Shown here in pieces: positions 23,101 through 32,100 of a stretch of DNA of 64,000 bases (position 1 is its first letter; each line of letters starts with the position of its first letter). The DNA is taken from the IMG/VR virus record IMGVR_UViG_3300008108_000264. The stretch is one strand, 5' to 3'. Position numbers and translations under genes: made by a program. The DNA comes from an uncultured virus (IMG/VR IMGVR_UViG_3300008108_000264). Lineage: Duplodnaviria; Heunggongvirae; Uroviricota; Caudoviricetes. The notes beneath the pieces are model-generated. The model ran no database searches. It had not been told where the DNA came from and worked only from the letters and a program-made list of their open reading frames with translations.

Positions 23101-26100
23101 TCAAAATTTAAACCATTCTCTTTAATGTAATCATGTTTTCTTTGTGTAAGTTCAGCATGAATTGTTTTACCATCAGGAGAACTATCAAACTTTACTTTAG
23201 ATGCTCTATTCAATACTTTCTTTTCCATCTCTCCTGCTTCTTTTGTAACCTTACCAAACTTAATAACATTTTCATTATTAAAATCTGTTGCTGTACTTAA
23301 TATATCAAGAGATCTCTTATCAGCATTAGCAAGTGCTTGAGATACAATAGGATCTAAAAATAATAATAGATTTTTATTCTTTACATTTTGAATTTGATTT
23401 AAATGTTCAAATGCAATATTTTCATAATCTATAGAATCTAATTTAGTTTTACTTTTTATAAATTTATAGTTATCAATAATATCTTTATTACCATAATTCT
23501 CCATCATAGTACCTAGCATATTATTGTTTCTAAGCAACCCTGAAGCTAATGTAATTAAAGGTACTACTTTAGTATCACCTGTAATCATAGATGGATTGTA
23601 GCTTAAAATACCGTTATTTAAAGACCATTCTTTATTAAGATTATAATCTTTTTTAAATTGAACTTTACTTTTAGATGATATATCATTCATAACATTTAAA
23701 GCAAATTCAATAGGTGAGTTATTTAACTTAATAGGTTTATTTATTAAAGGTATTTTTACTACATCAGGATTAAGTACATGTGTTTCTGTATCAGACATAA
23801 CTACATCATAACCAGCAGCTTTAGCTTTAGATATCTCAACAGGATTGACTTTATCAACCTTTTTAACTTTATTAGTTGCAATAAAGAATGGTTCAGTATT
23901 ACCAGATACTTCATCTTTAAATACTAATGATTCCCTTGGTAGTTCATCTTCTTCATCATCAATAAAATCTCTAACTTTTTGAATGCTAAAATTATCTTCA
24001 GTTTTTAATAATTCTTTAAGATCAGTTTTAGTAACTTCAGGTAGATTTGATTCATTTACTCTCTTAGTTAAATCTTCTACAGATTCTGTTTGAGTAAGTT
24101 TACCTTTCTTAACATCTTCTGCTAATATAGCTTTAACTAAATTTAAATTATTAACTATACCGTTATTTGCAAATTCTAATATTCCTGTTTTAAGTAAGTC
24201 AAATAAATTATTAATTACTTCAGGATCTTCATCATAGTTTTGTAAATTAGTTAATAGAACTTTAGAATCTTCAAGATTTTCTATTGTACGTTCCACATTT
24301 GAAATATAATCATAAGCTTGTTCTAATATTTGAATTTTATCATAACCATCATTATAAGTATCTTTAATAATTTTAATATTTTCTTCTGCTTCTTTTAATG
24401 TTATTTTATCATTATTTATTTCTTTATCTATATGAGTATTTAATTCTTCTATAGATATATTTTCAAAATCATTTAAATAATATAAAGATTGATCTACTAA
24501 TCCACTAATACCATTATCAAATTCATTAGGTGTTAATTTACCAAACTTAATAGTACTTAAATCTCTTTCAGGTGTAATTTCTACTTCATTCCATGTATTA
24601 CCATGCTCATCTGTAATTACTACAGGATTATATCCTTGTTTTTTAAGGATATTAGTTACAGTATTCTCATAGAAATTTATAGTACCTTGTATTTGTTTTT
24701 CTGTATTATCATAATGAGATTTATCTTTTTTTAATCTATATAAATCTTGTTGTCTTGCTTTATCAAAAGTTTCATCATTCTCAATTGCATCGTTAGGATA
24801 AAATGATTCAAGTACTCTCTGATAATCAACATAACCTTCTTGATCATTACCAATATATTGAGCTTGACCACTAACGTCTTTTATAAAATCTGTTACTTTT
24901 AAATCAATTAAAAACTTTTCAACTTTATTAAACTCATTCATTTTATAGAAAATTTCTTTAAATTGCTCTATAACAATTATAGTTTCACCAGTAGGAAATA
25001 AAACTTTTTTATATCCTTTCTTAGCACTATCTTGAAGTATAGATTTTAAAAAGAATGTAACCCAATTATTGTTTTTGTTTAATAATTGAAGAAAGTTATT
25101 TTGAGAATCTTTCTTATAGTTATATAAAGTATCTTTTGGTATGATTACTAAAAAGTCATCATCCCAATCAGGTTGTTGATAATAATTAGTATCATCTTCA
25201 TATAAAACACCATGATTGTGTTCAAAAGGTCTATCTTTAACGTAAGTTATATATTCTAATGCTAAACTTTCATCAAATAAAGGATCATCTATTTTAACAG
25301 TTTCTTTATAATCATTTAAATCTATTACAAATTTTCCATTAGAATTTATCTTATTGTTTGTAACAATAATTTCTTTATCTTTAACTTTTTGAAAAAAAGA
25401 CTGAAGTTCTAAAATACGACGAACTTGTTTATTAGAATCTTTATCATCATTACGAAACCAACCAATCATGTCACCTCTTGATCTATTAAATTCATTATCA
25501 TGATATTCTCCATCTTGAGAAATAACATTATTAATACTTGGTGTTCTAAATGTATTAATTTTATAATCAATTCCACCAGGTGCTGTTAAATTAGAATAAT
25601 CCTTTGTAATTTGTTGTTCATTATTTTCTTCAAATATATTTCTAGCATTAGTAAACTCTTGAGAATTAATTGGTATAAGTTTACCAGTATTATTTTGCCA
25701 ATCTTCAAATGATATTTTATAAAAGCCTTTATTAAAACTTATATTATGTATATACATGTAATCATTTAATTTAAATGTAACATTACCAGATTTTATTGGC
25801 GATGCTGTACTACTAGTATTAACCTCTACAGTATACGTATATCTATTAACTAACTCCATTGCAATATTTTCTTGCAATGATAATTCATCAACATAATTAT
25901 TAAACTCTAAATCTAATATTAACTTTTTCTGTTCTTTAGGAATCTGTAACTCAGTTAATATTTTATCTAAAGTCCAATTATTCTTTTCACCTTTTTTAAA
26001 TACTTCATTAGCTTTATCTGATAACAATATATCAGTAGCTTTTAAAGAGTAAGCTACTTCAGGTGTATTTAAAGACTCAGAAGTTAACTTACCAAACTTT

Positions 26101-29048
26101 TGAGGTTGATCTTCTACAAAGTTTTTAAATCCTTTTATATCTTGTTCGGAACCTAATATATGAATTTGTTCTGGTTCAAATACTACAATTTGATTTTCCC
26201 CTACATCATAAGTTCTATTATTAGATTGCTTACCTCCTTTTAATAATAAACCATCTGCGTTTTCTTTTAAACTTGTAGAATTTTCATAGTTATCAAACCA
26301 ATCTTTTACTGTTAGATTTTTTGGATTTTTTATATTAATAACTGCATGTTGAACTACGCCTTTGTTATTTTCAATATTCTTTTTTATTTTTTCTGCTTCT
26401 CTTTCAATTTGTTCGTCAGAAGCACCCATATCTTTATAATAAGCTATTTCTTTTTTTATCTGCTCTATTGAAGGATTTAAACCGTGTTTTTTTATAACAT
26501 TTCTTATATTACCATCATCAAATTCATCTTCTGTATATTTAACGGTATAGATATTAGCAGCATTTTTATCATCTGTAAAAAATATACCTAACTCTTTACT
26601 TTTTTGATTAGTTTGAATACCTGTATTACCTCTATAAACAATACCTTTAACTTTACTATCAGGAAATATAGTATCAAGATATTGAGAGTATTGTTGTTGA
26701 GCTTCTTGTTTATTACTATCAAATGATGATTTTTTAGTATCAAAATTTTCTAAATTATTTAAAGTGTCATTGATAACATCTTCAAGTAAAGTATTCTTTG
26801 CTTCAATTCCTATAAGATTTCTTATTAAATTTAAAATGTCATCCCATAATGTTTTACCTTTAGATTTATCAGATGGAATATCTTTTAAAATATCTCTAAA
26901 TAAAGGTTCTGTAAAAACAGCAGCTAAAAATTCATCATTATCAGAAGTTTCATAACTCCAATCAAAAGAATATATTTTATTATTAAATTCTTTAGATTTT
27001 TCTATTTTTTTAATAACTTTTTCTCTATAAGAATTAATTAAATTATAAAAATTTTTATCTCCAAATTCACTTTTTGCTAATGTATTTCTTGTTAAAGCAT
27101 GAATTGATTCATGTAATAAAGTTCTTGTTTTTTCATTAAAATTTTGATTAGGAGAAACAATTATTCTATTAAAATATTCATTATACGTACCAATAACACC
27201 TGATTTTATTTCTTTATAATATACTTTAGTTGGATAATTTTTTAATTTATTTTTAATTAAATTAGCAAGTTCTTTATATTTATAATAAAATTCACTTGAT
27301 TCATTTTTTTCTAATTCTTCATTAGACATTTGTAAAATTTTATCAAGCTCATCATTTAATAATGTATATTTATCATCTTTTGTAATTTTAATATCTTCTT
27401 CAATATTTAAAATTTTATACACAGTATTAGCTAACTCAAGATTAGATTCAAATAGTTCTGGTACACCTTCTTTTATTTGAGTTAATTTACCTTTCTTAAT
27501 ATCTTCTTCATTAAAAGGTATAAATCTATTATAATCCCAAATATCTTTAAATCTACTATATCTTAATTTAGCTTCAAATGGAGCTTCAAATTTAGATAAA
27601 CTAACATTATATTTATTACCATCACTACCAACAAAAGGATATTTTATAATACCTCTTTCAGATTCATCATTACTAAAGAAGTCAACTAACATTGCTTCTT
27701 CACCTTCTTTATCTTCGTCTTCATTTATAGTTTTACCAGTATCAGATATATCAAATTTTAATTTATAACTACCTTTTTTTTCATTAGTTTCATTATCAAC
27801 AACAGTATAACCTATAATCTTACCTGTTTCTCTTCTTTCAATATTAGTAATTCTAAATCCTGCAGGTGGAATTAAATAAGTATCTACTTGATATTTATCA
27901 AAAAATGAATATGCTTTTATAGAATCAGGATAATAATATTTAACTAAATCATCTATTTCTGCTTGTGAATAACCACCATTAACAAAATCTAAATCATGAA
28001 CAACAGTTTCTATTTTTCTATATACTGTACCTTGTGTAGAGTATGCTATTGATCCTGTTAATGTAATGTTAGGTATAGTACCTATCTTAGTCATTATATC
28101 TTTAGCAATAGAATTTTCATCAAATGCTGTTTGAAAATCTACTTGTTTATATCCATCTTTTTTAGTTAATCTAATAAAGTCATTACCTTTAAATGTATTT
28201 TCTACTATAGTATTTATTTGAGTTTTAATCTTACTATAGTCTGCACCTTTTAAAGAGTTAATAAGATTATTAATAAACTCTTTAATTCTATCAAGTAAAG
28301 ACTTTGATACATTTAATTCTTCAGCTAATTTCTCTGAAAAACCACTTTCTAATAATTCTTTAAATATTTCTTTTGTAGCAAGTCTATTTAAATTTCTTTT
28401 AGTAGAATCTCCATATTCTTCTTCTAGTTCTTTTACTCTTTTTTTAAATCTATCCGTTTTTCTTACTTCTCTTTCTATATCATAGAAGTAATCAGAATAA
28501 CTTAACATTTCTGATAATGGTTCTGCCATTGCTTTAGATACTTGTTCTACACTTGATGTATCTAAACTTATACTTTTAGCTGCAAGATTTATTATTAAAT
28601 TTTCAGATTCGTTTACTTCAAATCCAAACGATTGTAAAAAGTTTAATAACTTAGCTTGAGGTTCATTTTCATCTAAAGTTAATTTACCAAACTTTTTATT
28701 ATTATCAATTGACCTTTTAATTTTATCATCATTAATAAAACTATCTAATGCAGTTTTAAATGGTTTAACACTATTAGCATCTTGTAGATACATTAACTTA
28801 GGTTCAAAATTGTTATCTACAAAAGGAGATACTTTAGAATAAGATGCTCGTGCAGCATTATATTCAAATGAATCTTTAGTATAAAGTTTTAATTCTTTAG
28901 ATGCACTTTCCCAGTTTCCAAATTCATTTGAAAATTCAGGAGTTCTTACTTTATACCATATTTCTTTTGCTTTTCGTTCTCCATATAAAGATTTAAGTTC
29001 TTCATATAAATTACTTGTTTGCCCGTTAGGAGCATAAAAACATGCCAT
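17103..29048 (-). CDS. Giant polyvalent virion protein (3981 aa): nucleotidyltransferase-like, zincin, ART-like and PD-(D/E)XK nuclease domains, C-terminal TM segment
   Basis: LTGSIA...HDLDF; LLHESIH...EFLA; VYRG...GIFFT...INIKNP...QIVVFEPEQI; GTEVH...AGQIDML...IYDFKT...QLMLY; LGIYLLLGLLVAVLAI. Confidence 0.8.
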   Translation of the reverse strand: MACFYAPNGQTSNLYEELKSLYGERKAKEIWYKVRTPEFSNEFGNWESASKELKLYTKDSFEYNAARASYSKVSPFVDNNFEPKLMYLQDANSVKPFKTALDSFINDDKIKRSIDNNKKFGKLTLDENEPQAKLLNFLQSFGFEVNESENLIINLAAKSISLDTSSVEQVSKAMAEPLSEMLSYSDYFYDIEREVRKTDRFKKRVKELEEEYGDSTKRNLNRLATKEIFKELLESGFSEKLAEELNVSKSLLDRIKEFINNLINSLKGADYSKIKTQINTIVENTFKGNDFIRLTKKDGYKQVDFQTAFDENSIAKDIMTKIGTIPNITLTGSIAYSTQGTVYRKIETVVHDLDFVNGGYSQAEIDDLVKYYYPDSIKAYSFFDKYQVDTYLIPPAGFRITNIERRETGKIIGYTVVDNETNEKKGSYKLKFDISDTGKTINEDEDKEGEEAMLVDFFSNDESERGIIKYPFVGSDGNKYNVSLSKFEAPFEAKLRYSRFKDIWDYNRFIPFNEEDIKKGKLTQIKEGVPELFESNLELANTVYKILNIEEDIKITKDDKYTLLNDELDKILQMSNEELEKNESSEFYYKYKELANLIKNKLKNYPTKVYYKEIKSGVIGTYNEYFNRIIVSPNQNFNEKTRTLLHESIHALTRNTLAKSEFGDKNFYNLINSYREKVIKKIEKSKEFNNKIYSFDWSYETSDNDEFLAAVFTEPLFRDILKDIPSDKSKGKTLWDDILNLIRNLIGIEAKNTLLEDVINDTLNNLENFDTKKSSFDSNKQEAQQQYSQYLDTIFPDSKVKGIVYRGNTGIQTNQKSKELGIFFTDDKNAANIYTVKYTEDEFDDGNIRNVIKKHGLNPSIEQIKKEIAYYKDMGASDEQIEREAEKIKKNIENNKGVVQHAVINIKNPKNLTVKDWFDNYENSTSLKENADGLLLKGGKQSNNRTYDVGENQIVVFEPEQIHILGSEQDIKGFKNFVEDQPQKFGKLTSESLNTPEVAYSLKATDILLSDKANEVFKKGEKNNWTLDKILTELQIPKEQKKLILDLEFNNYVDELSLQENIAMELVNRYTYTVEVNTSSTASPIKSGNVTFKLNDYMYIHNISFNKGFYKISFEDWQNNTGKLIPINSQEFTNARNIFEENNEQQITKDYSNLTAPGGIDYKINTFRTPSINNVISQDGEYHDNEFNRSRGDMIGWFRNDDKDSNKQVRRILELQSFFQKVKDKEIIVTNNKINSNGKFVIDLNDYKETVKIDDPLFDESLALEYITYVKDRPFEHNHGVLYEDDTNYYQQPDWDDDFLVIIPKDTLYNYKKDSQNNFLQLLNKNNNWVTFFLKSILQDSAKKGYKKVLFPTGETIIVIEQFKEIFYKMNEFNKVEKFLIDLKVTDFIKDVSGQAQYIGNDQEGYVDYQRVLESFYPNDAIENDETFDKARQQDLYRLKKDKSHYDNTEKQIQGTINFYENTVTNILKKQGYNPVVITDEHGNTWNEVEITPERDLSTIKFGKLTPNEFDNGISGLVDQSLYYLNDFENISIEELNTHIDKEINNDKITLKEAEENIKIIKDTYNDGYDKIQILEQAYDYISNVERTIENLEDSKVLLTNLQNYDEDPEVINNLFDLLKTGILEFANNGIVNNLNLVKAILAEDVKKGKLTQTESVEDLTKRVNESNLPEVTKTDLKELLKTEDNFSIQKVRDFIDDEEDELPRESLVFKDEVSGNTEPFFIATNKVKKVDKVNPVEISKAKAAGYDVVMSDTETHVLNPDVVKIPLINKPIKLNNSPIEFALNVMNDISSKSKVQFKKDYNLNKEWSLNNGILSYNPSMITGDTKVVPLITLASGLLRNNNMLGTMMENYGNKDIIDNYKFIKSKTKLDSIDYENIAFEHLNQIQNVKNKNLLLFLDPIVSQALANADKRSLDILSTATDFNNENVIKFGKVTKEAGEMEKKVLNRASKVKFDSSPDGKTIHAELTQRKHDYIKENGLNFDHSITGIVRQHNLLDFDDENLIKYIIQSNKRSKDWFDSLTELAKKDFITAVLNNRFNFYREENETDNFTFQDAFGNLVQEEPFDKELFYKLTKVLYNSEVRREVGTEVHSLIEKILKKDPIDVNNDIKKLEKDINNLETKIGKDNLLPRFNDRPKVKKQDAIVLSEDQKKLDRLYASLDFYNKIVSMKNQIEERGGRILTEVLVHTDKMLDINDGSRQVSVAGQIDMLVIYEDDESVDPEYRGKVEIYDFKTMHYEPKPAAPYYEIVRDFTFGLNSKKQAGYSLQLMLYQRILEEELGFEVKDLFLIPITVPEVGLNSYENDKGEIVNEVYIDGHFEISEVNDYKINEQPSGKITIEASLDENGKIKKTYSINIKTFYNTPFGNQGALVYNKAKRIAFERMRSKYNPKFGDEKVKKEKEDFANVDLLLDNKQQRINKLIDDIKIYLEKRLTDINRSIDKDPKKQDKQKTEINKLKTDISDLDKIRSLNTFIHASYLELYGTENMLGLNDKFELVINSYNQGDIGSSEAIRDIEDIRRIAENYNILDEIMNALLEGTSDKDLNEIKKMDSFKELETAIEIKKKLLDVRYQYEMERLLGNNLEMYLNENLNKSVDDFIKGKQIQYEQKIKDLEKKIKENPSNDKFKTQLKYYKDRYKKNMERFKDTLVRDAGTLVRDFKQLNRDIGFIERFLTAPISTSSGILSSYAMMLKFHLTEAEWNMKDIALEIQQAAKKLSSAVFDQSAFNFLPNQGDNPQKFYDPILETVKEWVRDPVTGKLILAETVNLVSEYGRKKFTYVNDDGKTVEDEMTYTNIIKHYQYRMRKLKEAGKFDEFRKVDKEYKAWVNKNMERPNIDDYYKMDDLFTKDEIGIKAKAERDRIISMMDNIKDRVKHRSIELSDDDLAALRELDIEYKLLGSIYDKDGIKKEDDDLKIAIRIQEFNTEYNKRHRFVVNYERFEDERRRAKLKFETEPDKYLLWLEENTEVKIDDSLFDKVKYLRKLKKVLKYAKNNDDYDLMDEIKLLSDEVINFKTFTNKIDSWFEEYELNNTKNDEYEINEEINDLLKPYRLGGTHVDTKVIPNDVIARLKELEEELNELFLLNKVTREQRQEDPSWNLFFQIKNGIDEAIDQIVEYVPNSEYYKRYELEQAKAESNGILFEESEWYINNHVEYTKEGEIIYSPIRAWMTTVPTYKTNKISERYKIDRKNELEKIKQIYPNYNDKALNAELEKTEWFLKNHKEDKEIKKESGYLLIDETLTEGVKLLPNYLYKSPEIKEEYIRTDLDKVTDQLGYMLPKKHLWVNSKYEQLDPKWKEFYNVIMKKYKEAQAEMPAAYRLGNRLPYIYKSGREELIEGKFKQRVGSWWQTKFGNKATREIENDNIMRHLSTSGEDIDLDEDQLIEGTATYSTSLENRSLPFRHVYHIDIENVSRDVVSSILSYIQQAERFKAKSEILPQMRAILNLINKRDKSTEGGAIERDAQGNKMIDAVAKKLGIEKFVRKEGETYEGALLRSFTEMQFFDDQNNEINYNIPVVGPVRVDKLLDGLMTAASYAQIGGITSTGWIKGFANYLQANTQIFLEGWAADHYNLKDWGYAKKLVYYGSNKIGSLTMDMVKDFGKISRETLSGQLFDMYDALQGTFQDEYGNDLTASKLNLALRSSTWFINNNIGEIEAAATSMYALLNSYKVINGEVYSIEDYMQKKTNDKGSELTYDEKKKAKVEFNKIKDTLLTSMELDADGKVIAKGIKDIDGVPFLRSKKNMQIRAKLHGINKDLQGNYATFDKTHIQRNVFGRLLMMYRKFLVPMARRRWGKLYRNEEVGVIRQGYYITFFSYLFTDWKKLSTMFMNSFRGTKQDTGLQPFEEANVRRATMELGIYLLLGLLVAVLAIGDDEDDEDVSAFRALALYELTRLRKEIGSLAPVPSFFGDNWKLFKSPTAFNGTVDRAYSFLSQVADPFAVYEKEQGIFKKGDSKLYAKGLKLFGNITSATNLDEMTKNLNRTF

Positions 29049-29088
29049 ATTTTTTCTTTTAATAGTTAGATAAATTTTTTGATAGGCG

Positions 29089-29117
29089 AAAAAGGGAACT
29101 CCGAAGAATTCCCTTTT
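29089..29117 (-). terminator. Intrinsic terminator after the RNAP gene (cUUCGg tetraloop)
   Basis: Minus strand GGGAATTC-TTCG-GAGTTCCC-TTTTT. Confidence 0.85.
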
Positions 29118-29128
29118 ACCTTTTTATA

Positions 29129-32100
29129 TTATTTGCAATCTTTATTCACTTGACCATCTGTTTCTAAGTCTTTTTCAAAGTTACTTAAGGAATATTCAGT
29201 GTAATTTACTACATTAGTTGCAGTTAAATTGTTAAATCTTTCATATAGTTCTTTTAAAATAACACCTTCACCAGATATATTATACTCATTGTTAGCTCTA
29301 ACTAAATTATTCATAAGTAATGTTCCATTTGCATTAAGTATTTCAATAGCTTTATTAATAATCTTCTTCTTAACATCCTCTGACATTGTGTTGTTAGCTG
29401 GTACAGCAACAAATATTTGTGATGAAGAATCAGCAATTATATTATCATTAGTAGCTATACCTTGATTAGAAGCACTTCTTAGATAATCATTAACTTTAGA
29501 TTTTATAGATTTAACATCAGTATACCCAATAAATCCATTAGCATTTAAAGCTTTATTTTTATTATATCCAAACTCATCATTTATAACAAATCCAAATTTA
29601 TTATCTGTAATTGTTTGATTTGTATCTCTTGCATATTGATCTATATTAGGAATGTATTCAAAATCGACATCATATTTATCTTTTATTGAATCCATATTTA
29701 ACATCATATAACTAATATCCCATCCTTGTTTTTTACTCCAATTTCTAGCATATTCAGATTTTTGCAGATCTTTTATTTTTAAATTATTTGGATCGTATTT
29801 TAAACCTAGTTTAGCATAATCTTCAGATAGTAATTCATTAACACTCTTATCAGAAATATTAGTAATTTTAACATAAATAGGAGCTCTACCTTTACTTGTT
29901 ATTTTTACAATTTCACCAACTGACATATCAGATATATCTGCAAATTTTCTTGATGTTTGAGTTCTTAAAAATGAAATAATAGCATCGTAAGTAGTTTTAA
30001 TATTCTGACTTACTAAATCATCTCTCATAGGACTCATACTTAAACCATTTCTATCTGGTTCTATATGTTTCATATTATGAGGTAAGGTTTTTGTAATTCT
30101 TGTTTTCTTAACTATATTTTGTAAATCAGATTCAGTTTTATCACTTAAAACAGTACGAGATCTAATATACATATCTGATTCTGCTTTAATCTTATCAGCA
30201 TTTTGTAAAATATATGTATAAAGTTTTTTTCCATCTTCACTCTTAGTTAATAATGAAGGTAGAACATCAATTGTACCTTTTGATAATATATCATCTGGTT
30301 TTACAAGATAACCTAATTTTCTTAAATCATTTGTAATTTTAGTTACAGTAAAATAAACAGATAAATTTTGAGATAGGCCTACAGATTGTAGTTCATTAGT
30401 TAATGCAGATTTAATATAACTGGTATAATCAGAGTTATCATTTTTTGATTTAATTATCATAACTTTATTATATACATTAGGTATATTATTAACTATAAAG
30501 AAATTCTTAAGATCTTGAATTTGTTCATCCATATTACCTTTAGTATCTATAACAAATAAACCTTTTTGTGCATTAGTAACTTTATCAGCAACTTCTTCTA
30601 CATTATTATTAACAACTATATTAATAGAAGCTTGTGTTTCAGAACTTCCATTATCAAATACTACAACAATATTAGGAGATTTTTCCATATATAGTTTTGC
30701 AACTTTTGGTATAAAACCTTCAGTATTTACTTCATCTACTATTTGTAAACCATGTAATTTTAAATTAGATAAATTATCACTAAATACAGTAATTACTTCT
30801 TTAACACCATAATTAGGTCTGTTTCTATTTTCTAATACTTTTGAAACTTCTTTTTCATAGTAAGGTTGTATCTGATATATCTGAGTAGATTTACCTTTAA
30901 ATGGTAAGTATTCGTCAGATGTTCTATCATAACCTAACCAATTATTCATATCATTATTATATTCAGAAATAAAAGGTGATAATTCACTTTTAATATTTTT
31001 CTTATCTAAACCTAATTGTGAAACTATATCATATGGAGTTGTTACACCTTTACTTGTAACTTTATATACAACATTATTAATTGTAATTAAAGCTGTCTCA
31101 CCTATCTTTAGATCAAGTTTAGATAACACATCTTTATTAGTTACTGGTTTAATAAGAACATTTTCATTTTTTAAATGATTCTTATCTGAGTCAGATAACA
31201 AATTAACTGATAATGTACTATCATTAATTAACTTATATCTTTCGTTTCCAAACATACGTTTAGATAATAACTTTTCTTCAGACTTACTAAATGAATTAGT
31301 AGTATCTCCATCCTTCTTAAAATCTTCAACAACTTTTAAAAGAGAACCCCCAGGAAGCTGAGGATTCTCTGTCATTTCTAAATTATAAGCAAATGAATCT
31401 TTAGATTCAGCAAATACTTCTCCAATTTGTGTTAAACTGTCAAGTTGTATATCTGCTTTTACTCCATCTTTATTTAGTAATTGAGACAAAGGTGCAATTA
31501 CTTTTTTCTGCATCTCAACAAGACGTAACATTAAATGTTTATATTCTTGTGGTGTATATAAATAATTATAAATAGAAGTATGAATATTATCTACTTTTAC
31601 ATAGACAGCTTTTCTACCTTTATATTTATATTTATTTTTTTCTTCTAATTCATCTAAAGTAACTTTATCTTTAACATCAGAAGGCATACCATCAAAAGAT
31701 ACTAATACAAATGTTTCATATTCAATCTTTCTTTTTTCATATGCTATCTGTTCTTCTTCAGTCATATTATCAAAATCAGGTCTAGGTGGTTGTTTTTCCA
31801 TTACAAAGAATAAAGGAAACTCTAACCCTATAACAAGTCCATTTTTATCATATACACCATTAAATGGAGTATTTTTAACTATTGGATTTATTACACTTGT
31901 AAGTTCTGATTTAACTTTTTTTGCAACTTCAGTGTTACTGATATTTTTTTCTTTACTTAATATATTATTAAATTCATTTTTATTAGAATACCCAATGAGT
32001 TTTCTAATACTTTTTTGCTCTTGTGAATCAAGAAATTTTTCAAATATTTCGTAAAGATTTTTATTATCTATTTGATCTAATAACCCACTTTTATATATAG

